A DNA stretch of 26,229 nt from Rotaria socialis (taxonomy: Eukaryota), in NCBI GenBank assembly GCA_905331295.1, contig CAJNYD010000557.1, positions 124,001 through 150,229 on the forward strand. Reading direction: 5' to 3'. Positions 1 to 10,363 of the stretch are shown piece after piece. The notes beneath the pieces were generated by a model that saw nothing but the letters and a program-made list of their open reading frames with translations, was not told where the DNA came from and made no database searches. Every line of letters begins with the position of its first letter. Position 1 is the first letter of the stretch. The position numbers were made by a program, and so were the translations under genes.

Positions 1-1166
1 GGCTACTTGTCGGTCAGCACGTAAATCGAATAGACGACACTAAAATTAATGTAGATAGAAACATCGGAATTTTTTCGTTTTCGTTTTTCATTTTATTTAC
101 AGTGGCATCATCTGAAGCTGAAACAAATGCATCGCCACTTGGATAGAATCGAACAGCGTTGACATCGGATTCATGACCTTCAAATGTTTGAACATAGCTA
201 CCTGTTCGAATGTCCCAAACCATTGCAATATGATCAGCGCTCTAAAATAGAACGGTACCGAATTATAGATTACTCTTAAGAAGAAAAATCAATCGATCCT
301 ACAGCTGATACAAATATATTTCCAGCTTCCGATGGTGAGACATCAATACCCATGACATCAGCTTGATGACCTTGAAATGTTTGTATCGGTGTACTACTTT
401 CAACATCCCATAATTTAGCTGTACTATCACCACTAGCTGTTAATAGCTAATAGATAAAGAGAAGAAAATTTTTTTTTTCTTTCAATTAAAATTGAATATT
501 AATTGCCTGTTGGTCTGAATGCATAAATTTACAAGCTGATATATAATTTGCATGTGTAGCAACAACTTTTTTGTTTTTACTGACATCATCATCCATATGT
601 AATGAATATAATGTTAATTTGTTATCGAGTCCTCTGCAAATGAAAAGAAATCTATTTATTCAATGTTTGGTTTCTGTAATATTATTTACCCGCACGCAAC
701 AGCCATAGCTGATGGTGAATATGCACAAGCTAATACCCATGTTGTTGACATTGTAATAACGTGCTTTAGAATAAAAATATGAAAAATTTAAAACAGCGAA
801 AAACAAAATTTACTTCTTTATTAGTTGTGAATGCATCCCAAAGTATCAACTTTCCATCTTGTGATGTACTAACCATATGCCGTTTGTCATATGACCAATC
901 GATTGCTAAAACTTTTCCCTGGTGACCTTTTAAAATTCGTCGAGATTTCGTTGAAAACGGTGGCAGGGGATCTAGTTTTTCAGCAACAATTGTTACTAAG
1001 AAGAAAAAAATATTTAATTAAGTAACTGCGGAATTAATTAGGAGATAAAAATCAATCTTGGCATACATTCCATGTCATTGAATTTCGCACGTTCTTCTTC
1101 GAGACGAGTTTTTAATATTTCAGCTTCACGAACGAGATCATCGAGGGATTCGGCGATAGCAGACAT
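1..1166 (-). CDS. GNB5: Heterotrimeric G-protein beta-5 subunit (WD40), 3' part beyond the window edge
   Basis: Hand-spliced exons 1166-1067, 995-814, 763-690, 633-507, 446-303, 241-101 and 39-1 give a continuous frame: [34 protein letters not shown]...[61 protein letters not shown]...CGGLDNK...[17 protein letters not shown]...[12 protein letters not shown]...[38 protein letters not shown]. The motifs DKRxxVS, FTTNKEH, PSExGN and YPSGDAF match Gbeta5 rather than Gbeta1-4. Introns are 50-71 nt, GT-AG except one GC-AG. Confidence 0.95.
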
Positions 1167-4100
1167 CGTTCTATTATTCTGGAAAATCACAAAATAAATG
1201 AGAAACAACAACTCATCCATAGTTTATTCTATGGAATATCTCCTCGTTGCTAAGTATGGTGGTAGTAGAAGGAATCATCAGTGAAGTACTTCTTTGAAAG
1301 AAGAGAATCAATAGAAGAACATTTAATGGAAGACGCCTATTCACAGCTATTTGAGATCATATGCGTAAAGCATAAACGATATAGTTGAGAGCTCAGCAAA
1401 GTTGTTGTCAAATACGCTGCAATCAGTCAAGCTAATCTACTCATCAATTTTCTCCTAATCGTTATTTAATTTTAGCTGTAAACTACACTAATATCTCCGT
1501 ATCGAGAGTAGCAGCGAATGAGATGCATGTGAAACAGAACAAGATTATATTTTTGTTTATTTTTCTCATATGCTCATTATGATTCAATGAATTATTTATG
1601 CACGATGAAATAATAAGAATAAGAATATTGAAAAATGAAATTGTTCTGATAGCGTTACAAAGCAAAAAATAGTTAGTAAGATTTAAAAATAAATGTTGCA
1701 TGCAACGATTGATTTTATTTTATTTTCCGGAAAACACAAATCAAACGAAACTTTCGATAAAACTTCTAACTCATATTTTATAAGTTATCTACAATCACGA
1801 TTTCCGTTCACTAACCTATATTTCCCATACTAGATAGAAAACTTGTAAAAACTAGTATTCATTGATTTTTACTGAAATCTGATTTTATCTTATGTCGCAA
1901 AAACTGTTCGCTTAATTCAGACTTGTATTTTTCTGTGTCGTTCTACATAAATATTTTCAGCACCAAAAAAAGATTCTTTGAACTATATGAGATTATAATA
2001 TTAAGCGATCGCTATTAACATTTCTGTCGTATTCAAGCTCGTCTCTAGGTCCGCACTAGTAACATTACTTGTTGATAGTATTCACTCGATGTACGCTCTG
2101 ACGTTGATTGAAGATGTCGCTGGAAAATAAATTAGCTAAACTGATAAATTAACAGCGACTATGGCAGCGCCGTCTAACATGATATATTATGACATATTAA
2201 AATCGGCAATAACGTCAAACATTATAAAAAATGACGGGGTTGCAGAACAGTAAATGTTATACGAAAGATGAACGAGTTTAAGACTACGACGAAGAATACT
2301 ATTGGATTTTTAACAAAACAAAAACTACATTTATTCATTCAAGCTTTTGACAGAACATATCTATCATTGTGAAATCTAACAATAGAAAGAGTAAAAACAA
2401 AACACCATGTTTATATTCCCGACTTATAACATACATGAAATTGTCTATTAACTAATTAGTTTGTTCTTTTGACGTACATTCAAAAAATGATGAACGTAAA
2501 TGACATCTTTTTGCTTTTTATTGTTATACCTGATAGTGACAGATGCGTTATGTCGACCGATTGAATAAATAAATGTAATTTTTATGAACAATTTAATCAT
2601 ATTCGTCGGAAGTGTCTTGTACTCATTGATCTTTCGGAGATAATAATGCGAAGTTAATATAGTAAAGCTAATCAAGAAGAAGATACTGAGAAATAGAGAC
2701 TAAAAAAGGAAGCAAACCGATTGAGCCGAGGATTTTTATGAATGTGGAACGATCCGAAGCATTGCATATAAAATAGGCATGTATATATCACTGTAGTCTT
2801 ACTCCTACTTACAGTTCCGATGTTTTTGAACACTTATTTCTTTCTTAACATCATAAAATGCACGAGCTTCTCACATCTTTGTTCGAATGAGGAGTATTAT
2901 TATCATCATCTTAAACAATACGTTTCTCACGAAAAGATCCTATATTTGGTGCAGATACATTTTACAAGAACATCGCAAGGCAATGCGTAAAGCTACCGGC
3001 TCGAAAGAAATATTGAGCCAACAGTATAAAAAAAAAGAAATGTTGAAAAGTAAGAATATCTCAGTAGAATTTATAAGCCTACTGCCTTGTATGAGCGAAG
3101 AAGCCTGAACCGACAACTAATTTTTAATCTTTGACTCGCTCGACACCAAGAAAAAAAAGAAATTCTTCTTCGTCAAACCGACATCTCGCTTACGTTCATC
3201 GCTTGATTTCCGTCTACTATTGATAGATACAGGTAGAAGAAAAACGAACAAGTATGGTGTTAGTTAGAGTACATCCAGTTTATCGTTTCGATCGAACACG
3301 ATACAAAAAAATACCGATAGTTTCCTGATCCATCTTCGTTTATGTCCTTTCAATGCATTCTTTTCCAAACCTCGAGCTCAGAGGTCCCTTCTATACGTCC
3401 GTTCTTGTACGTTCTTTTCGACGTTCTTTCCTATACGTCTTATTTTGAACTAGGAATCTGCCAGCTTCAGCTCTCGTTCACAGCAGCTGACCAAAAGCTG
3501 AGCTTCCAGCTGCTGAATTTGTCTCATTCATAGCTAGAAGCATATCTGTAATGGTTTTGAGTTACTTGTAGTTTATTCTTTCATATATTATGGAAGGATT
3601 ACAATGAAAAAGGAAGGAAAAGAAGCTTGAGTAAAGAATGACTGATGAACAACAATTGAACAAGAGTATTTATATGTGTAAGCGAAAGAGAGAGAAAGAG
3701 AATAATGATAACGAGAGGCACTACTCCCAGCAATGAGTGTGTAACAAATGAATCCATCGCAATATCTCAACATGGGACTCTCTTCCTAACGGAGACTGCT
3801 AGCATCCCAGGGTAGCTTCTGATTCTTGGTGAAACCACTTCAGTTGTTGGAAACTGGGTATATGATGCTTATGCTGTACTTCCTGTTTAGAGCTACCAGA
3901 GAATGCAATTACGATAGACTTGACTGTGCACACAGAGACGAAAACGGGTCGCGACTCTTCTGGGAACGTTGCACGCTCCACGCCGCGACACAGATATAAA
4001 GGTGAGTTATGTAACTGAATGTTTCTTGGATTTTCAACTAATCGAATTCAAAATTCAAGTTTTACATGTTTGATAGATTATGGTGCTTTAAATGGAAGTA

Positions 4101-5814
4101 TGAAAAGAGATGTAAAAAAAGAAGTAGATAAAAAAATCTTGTGGCTATTTTATTTAACATTTAGCTGTACTTTTGATTTCCCAAAGACAAGGTTTGCTTT
4201 TTTTTTACTAACATTTCCCGAAGAAATCATAAAGCGGATGATATGACTAATCAATAGAATGCTGGTTCACCAACTATTTGATCGATGGAAAAAAAATCAT
4301 CATTTCAAGCAAAGAAGAAAAAAGCACTCGAGCCAAAAATCAATGTCTCTCCGACACGACGGAACACTGTCGTCCTCAATAATAGGCGACAGTCATGCAG
4401 AAAAATGATTTTAAATAACGAAATTATGATAGAAAACCGTTTTGTCGCAGTTCTTTTAATATTTTCAATGTATGCATAAATGTCTTACATATTAGGATGT
4501 ATCACGCTGTAGTTTATTGAGTCGAATGTCTATTTTCCGCTTGACACGATTACTTTCTTTTCAACCGATCAGACACTGGATTCACTCATGTTCGATGATG
4601 TTTTCTATGGCTCACAAGTGTTCATTGTAGTGGAAGTGTGCAAGTCATCATATTGACAAACTAACAATATTAACAGAACTGAAGAATGCCTGAGACCTAA
4701 GCGGAAATAATAAAAGTGAAAATGGCCATAAAATTAACCTCTTCATTCTTGGTGCCATCGGGCGCTATACTCTCATAACAATCGGCAGTGTATATACTAC
4801 GCGCGCAAAAAAAGCTTCCTCGCCAAAAAAGAAATAAACTAATATATATATATTGATTCTATAAAATAGGTTAATGATAGAAAACAGATTTCTTCTTATC
4901 GAGCAAAACAAGAAATTCAACAGTCATTCTCAAAAAGCTTAAACTCGTATGCGAGATAAGGATTGACTTTTCTGGATTGCACATGAATGCAATGCTTTTG
5001 ATTTCATTTTATATTAATTAGACGAAAGAAGTGAGCCCAATACTGTTGGATTTGAAGACGTAAAACGAGAATTTTTGTTCACAAAGAAAATCTAAGAGAA
5101 ATGCTGGCCTTGATAGAAATTCTATTCTAGCTGTTGCTAACTTGACGTGCGCAAAGCTTTCTACTAAGCTAATGTAATTTGTAAATCTTTGCATATAATG
5201 TTGTTCAGGTATAATAGTATTATTATAATCTAAGCTTGTATACTCGGAAATCATCTAAAATTTGATTATCTCGGTAAAAGTGAATCGCTCTTGAAGATGA
5301 TTTCAGAAGTTTCTTCATAAGAATAAAACCTTTCATCTTCTTGTTTTCCACCATCAGAAAAAACAATAGCTAATTTAATTGAAGTACGATGGAAATAATT
5401 GGATCATTTACAGGTAATCTACGAGGCATGTTGTTAGGATGATCAAAAAGAAGCCGAGAAAACGCCTCTGCACCAAATAGAAAAGCTATTTATAAAAATT
5501 ACACTGCGCAAATAGCGTTAAGTGATACCAGTCGGGTTAGTCTTAACTTGTTCCCTTTTTAATTGAACCGAACAGGTCCCCAAAAATTCGATTCCGAATT
5601 CGTCCCCACTCTATTTAACATTGAAATGTTCATTCTTCGCTCTGTCTATATACACAGCTAGTGGCAATGACAATCGGATTCATTTCTTCTGGTATAATCC
5701 AGCGGCCTATAAGAAAGATGCATGTAATGGCTGTCTACGGTTGACTGATCGATATCTTTTATTTGTAAGCACATTGAAATATGCTCAATTTTACTCCAAC
5801 GGAACCAACAGGAA

Positions 5815-7213
5815 GAAAGAAGAAAGAATACCCAAATACCTTTCGGTGTAGGGTGAGGCAAAAAAACAAAAATAAAAATAAAAATAAAGTTAGTATTTTT
5901 TTGGTTGTTGGTCAGTCAGATCACATCTTGCCACTCTTTCAAGGTTTTCCATCAGATTGCCATCTTCCAAATGAATTGGGTTTAAATAGTAATCATCATA
6001 ACACCGAGAAAGAAAGTCAGGACTTTGCTTTCATTTCACTTCTTCCATATTTTGATGTTGTTCTTCTTACACCAATGAGTTGCACACACTCTTATATGAC
6101 CAGTTATTCCTTGCGGTTTGAACTTTTTTTTGCAGTTGGAACAGTCATACCTGTTGTGGCAATCTTTTACCAACACTTCAGTCGCCTTTCGCTGAGGTTT
6201 TCCATGTGAAATGGCTAATTCTTCTGCTCTTCTTTTCTTTGAAATATCTTTGAACTCTTGTATAATTGACTTAATGTTTGAAGGAACAGGATTCATTGTG
6301 ACATGCCTATTAATTATTTCACGCCATCTGTCTTTATTTTTGGTGTCTTTCCTCCAATTTTTTATGTCGAATTTCTCGATGTCATCCATGATCTTGTTTT
6401 CCCACCTTTTTCTTATTCCAGTATTTGTAGGACGTTTTTCACCAGGGAAATATGAAAACATAATTTTCTTACCTAAATGTGGCCCATTTTCATTTTCCAT
6501 ACGATTTGCATGACCAAACCATCTTAATCGATTTCGTCGCATAAGATTTTCAATTGAAGGTTGGCCAGATAGTTGCACTATTGTTATATTTGCTACACGA
6601 TCTCCCAGATTCAGACCAAGTATCGTTCTTAAACATTTCATATAGAAAGTGCTGATTCTATTTTCTTGAACAGCAGTCAGTGACCAAACTTCGCTACCAA
6701 ACAATAGGACTGGCAGGACACACGCTCTAAAGATTCGAAGTTTAGCTTCTATTGATATCGTTTTTCTATGCCAAATAACATTTCTTAACATGTTGAACGC
6801 TGTTGCTGACTTTGTTAATCTTGATTCTATTTCTTTATCTGATCGTTGATCACGACAGACCCAACAACCTAGATAGGAGAACAAGTCCACTGTTTCAATT
6901 TTTTTATTTCTGATAGTAATTTCAATATCAGGGATATCAACTTCTTGGTTCTTCACAATTTTTCCATTGATACCTTCTTTGAACTGTTGCATTGACATAA
7001 CGCAGGTCTTCTTAACACTCATAGTTAAGCCATATGCTTGAGTGACGTTTTCAAAGATCTTAATAAAAAGTTTTAGATCATCAAGAGTTTGTGTTAAAGC
7101 CGCCAAATCATCAGCATACATTAAAGCCAGAATATCAAAATTTTCGAATTTATCTCTAGCACCATGATAGAAATCAGTGCTTCCATAGGCAAACGTTACA
7201 CCCTCGACGCTAC
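5815..7213 (-). mobile_element. 5'-truncated non-LTR retrotransposon (LINE), RTE-like clade
   Basis: 12-bp target-site duplication AACCAACAGGAA at 5803-5814 and 7214-7225; 3' tail is a short tandem repeat (plus strand GAAGAAA x~2.4 at 5812-5828) rather than poly(A); 3' UTR of about 220 nt; RT ORF truncated just upstream of YADD. Confidence 0.9.
6036..7213 (-). CDS. Reverse transcriptase C-terminal half (YADD, thumb, C-terminal C2HC zinc finger) of the truncated LINE; no native start codon
   Basis: The frame stays open upstream of the listed Met (VEGVTFAYGSTDFYHGARDKFENFDILALMYADDL). Motifs YADD, FSYLG, KLRIFRACVLPVLLFGSEVW, RRNRLRWFGHANRM and CSNC...GITGHIRVC are typical of RTE-like ORFs. 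No internal stop or frameshift. Confidence 0.92.
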
Positions 7214-7496
7214 AACCAACAGGAAAGGTGTTGAACTATAATGGTTTTCAATATACTCTCAAACATGAACGGAAAAGAGTAGTAGAATCGCGACATCGTT
7301 CACGAAATTGCACGAGTATATATTCTTTGTCTTGATATAATGCTGTGATTGCTCGACAATTTTTTAATTCTTTCTAATTGTTGCAAAAAATGTTTATATT
7401 CACTTGTTAATCTTACGATAAAAATTGTCTTTCACCTTTACTATAACTACATTAGAAATTCATATTTTTTGAAATCAAGCGCCAATTAATAGAATT

Positions 7497-7600
7497 GGGG
7501 ACCAATTTAGAGTGGGGACGAACCTGGTGGGGACGAATTCGGAATCAATTAATGGGGGACGAGTTGGTAGGGGACGTAATAGGGGACCAATCAGGGGTAT
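7497..7600 (+). repeat. GGGGAC subterminal repeat array (right end of the MULE-like element)
   Basis: GGGGAC at about 7497, 7514, 7529, 7555, 7570 and 7582, spaced 12-26 nt, followed by GGGGTATGCC at the terminus. Confidence 0.9.
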
Positions 7601-8082
7601 GCCTACCAGTCTCAATACTGACACGAATTTTCTTGTTGATTTTACTCGTCGTAAGGTACGAAAATAAAAATTAATCATTACTTTTTTCTCAAAAAACATG
7701 TGACTAGTAAAATGAAAAATCAAAGTTCGAAGTTTAAAATGTGCAACTCTTTATACTATTTTAAGGGTAGCATAAGAAGTCATTTGCCTATGCTTAGTTT
7801 ACTAAGTGTATCATTATAACTTGTGTTGCGTTATCTTTTTATTTTAAATCAAGCAAAAGAAACAAGAAGAAAATTGAGTCTACTGCTTTAAAAAAACATA
7901 GCGTTTTCCTAATCAGATGTAAAACACAAAAAAAAATGATGAACATATACAAAAAAAAATGGCACAGCAATAAGATAAAACATCACATCAGCAAGAGAAA
8001 AAAGACTGTCTTTAAATAAATGAATGTAAGATTGGGAAGATGGAAAACGAAAATAAAGCTTCTTTATCATTGATTGGTTTCA

Positions 8083-10363
8083 TCAGTTTTCGATGATTGA
8101 TTGATTGACTTGTTCAGCGACTGGTGCTTTACTTTGAGAACTATCATCGACGGGAGTTGAATCTAGTTAAATGAATTCATAAATAATGATAGTGAACGAT
8201 GGACTACTCAATATTACCTTCAGTTTTTCGTTTTTCACTGTTATGTTGAGGTTGGTTTTCTTTATTAGCTCCTCCGCGTTGTCGAAAACGACCACGACCA
8301 CGACCACGTCCACCGCGACCTTTTGAAAAAGAAAGATTTTTTTTTTGTAAAAAAATTTTAATTCAAAAACTGAACTCACCACGACCGCCAAAACCTCGAC
8401 TAGGATAACCATAATACATTCCATAATAATACGGAGTCATACCATACGGATCATAATAACCTAAACGTACTTATTTCAGAAAAAACAACTGAAGATTTTA
8501 ATGAATGATCAGTTTACCATGTTCCATGAAATATCCATTTCCTGGTAGTCGACCACCACCACCACCACCACCACGTCGGCCACGTCGACCAGAAGTAGTA
8601 CGTGTTTGTGGTTTTTCAACATCAGTAGTAGCATTATCTGTAGCGTCTTTTTTGTTTTGATGACTTTGTCGTCGATATCTTGGTGCTAAACGGCGAGCAA
8701 CTTTATTAACCATAAAGCGAAGAACATTTTTCACGATGGTTTCATCGTCTTTAGGTTTTTTCACTTGGTCTGATTTCGGGTGTCCTTCTGTTTCAGTACC
8801 ATTTTGACTAGCATTTGTATTTCGACGACGTCGTCTTTGGAAATGAAAAAAAAACAACATTATATAATAACGATTGAATAGAAGTCCTTACTGTCGGCTC
8901 GATTTCTTGTGTGGTTTATCAGCTGAACCTTGCGTATTTTCGTCTTTTTGTTGATCATCTGTAACAGCACTAAATATTCAAAAATCTATTATTGAAATTT
9001 TATTTAATACTTGAAATATATACTAATATATTTCAACACTCCTTTAGTTAAGTATTTTTCTTACCCATCTTTTTGTTGTTGTTCCGAGCTTGCATCATTT
9101 TCATTAGTTTCTCGTTTTGGTCTACGTTGCCGACGTTTTGGATTACGATGTTTGTTGGGATCAGCATTTTCGCCTGGCTGTTGTTCATTATTATTCGCAG
9201 TAGTGTTATTTTCATCACTGAAAATAAAAACTAATGATTATTCTTCTTTTCTTAATATAAAGAAAAACACAAACGTCTCATTCTTTGTTACTTGAGCGCG
9301 TCGTCTATCACGTCTTCCTCGACCACCACGAAAACCGCGGTTACCACGTACTGGATAATCATTCGTACCATCTTGTTCTGATAGATCACCATGATATGAT
9401 GGACCATAATATCCACCTGGAGGGGGATACATTCCTTTAAGATAGCAAACAACAGTACATGAAAATTTTCGTTTGCAAAATCATTCTTACCATCAGCTCC
9501 ATTCATATAGTTTGCATAATGCGAATAAGCTTGATAATAGTCACCATAGAATGGTATACCACGAGAAAAACGCCCTCGACCTTCAAAATAAAAATACGCA
9601 ATACATTAGAGTATCAGTTTTGGAATTGTTCCTTTTAAATCTTCCTCTGGTTCGGATAGTAACAAACACAAATGTTTGTAAATAATTAAAAACTAATATG
9701 CTGGGGGCAATGTCTAGGAAATAAAAATATGAAATACAATTTAGCTATGTTTACTAATTACAGTCGCACTCATTTATTCTTCGATTAACATTGTTAGTTC
9801 GTATCTATTGAAAAATCAAAGCGTTATCATTGTATCTCTGATGTTTCATGGTTAATCATGTGATGAGCCGTTTCTAACGTGTTTATTATATTTGCAATGG
9901 CTCCTTGTTATGATATTTATTGCATCTAATTGACATAGAAAGGATCTATATATCTTTCGGCAGCTCGTTTAGATCATATTTCATAAAGTCTTACCGCGAA
10001 AACCTCCTCGTCGACCACCTCGGCCTATGAAAAAAATGGCATAGAATAATATTTATTTAGATTACGATGACCTTACCTCGCGTATTATTCACATGATTCT
10101 CTTGATCATCGGAATTATTCGATTTTTGGGTGTCATCATCATTGGATGGTCGAGTTTCATCTTCTCCTAAGTCTTGATTTTTTCGTTCACTACCTATATT
10201 GCGTGTTAACAAGAAGGAAATAATTTCGAAAAATAAATACAAACAAAAAAGCTTTCGAACCAGGTCGCTTTCGATAAAAGTTTCTTGGGCGTTGTTTTGG
10301 TAACTCTTGTACCTCTTGAACATCGTTGTTCACTTTGGTATTGTTAGTTTCTTGATTAGACAT
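8083..10363 (-). CDS. 436-aa intrinsically disordered RGG/RG- and Tyr-rich protein (putative RNA-binding/condensate protein; Y-box-tail-like, no cold-shock domain seen)
   Basis: Eleven exons joined by GT-AG introns in one frame: 10363-10261, 10193-10077, 10024-9995, 9580-9491, 9434-9275, 9217-9065, 8969-8892, 8834-8518, 8460-8380, 8319-8218, 8162-8083 (1311 nt including TGA). Starts MSNQETNNTKV, contains RGRGGRRGGFRGRGRFSRG, YGDYYQAYSHYANY, YYDPYGMTPYYYGMYYGY and RGGRGRGRGRFRQRGG, ends EQVNQSIIEN*. The gene model is well supported; the function is inferred. Confidence 0.85.

Larger units (their letters stand above)
5781..7335 (+). pseudogene. Degenerate FLYWCH zinc-finger (MULE transposase N-terminus) remnant, split by the LINE: 5781-5814 joined to 7226-7335
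   Basis: Removing the LINE plus one TSD copy gives MLNFTPTEPTGKVLNYNGFQYTLKHERKRVVESRHRSRNCTSIYSLS*. This resembles the FLYWCH pattern G-x-x-L-x-x-x-G-[FY]-x-Y...W-R-C-x4-C, with W and the first C mutated (SRH) and a premature TGA at 7333-7335. Confidence 0.65.
5534..7603 (+). mobile_element. Non-autonomous Mutator-like (MULE/Phantom-type) DNA transposon, about 660 bp once the nested LINE is removed
   Basis: 8-bp direct repeat TACCAGTC at 5526-5533 and 7604-7611; termini GG...CC; perfect 20-bp inverted match GATTCCGAATTCGTCCCCAC (5590-5609) vs 7527-7546; six GGGGAC motifs at the right end and GTCCCC copies at the left end; internal FLYWCH-like remnant. The superfamily call is inferred from TSD length, repeat-rich TIRs and FLYWCH. 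Confidence 0.78.

Noticed and set aside
2887..3108. 73-aa ORF with a protein-like middle (LQEHRKAMRKATG)
   Set aside because: No recognisable domain and no consistent splice structure; cannot be supported as a gene.
2944..5479. 13-bp inverted match TATTTGGTGCAGA (about 2944-2956 vs 5467-5479) as possible TIRs
   Set aside because: The match does not extend and has no TSD; matches of this length are expected by chance in 26 kb of AT-rich DNA.
5781..6513. Plus-strand ORFs 5781-6209 and 6211-6513
   Set aside because: Antisense shadows of the LINE 3' UTR and RT ORF; only the first 11 codons of 5781 belong to the FLYWCH remnant.
7475..7723. Pro-rich 82-aa ORF, and the GGGGAC array as a CRISPR-like locus
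   Set aside because: The ORF is a by-product of the repeats. The repeats are only 6-9 nt with short irregular spacing, there are no cas genes, the context is eukaryotic, and they are explained as transposon subterminal motifs.
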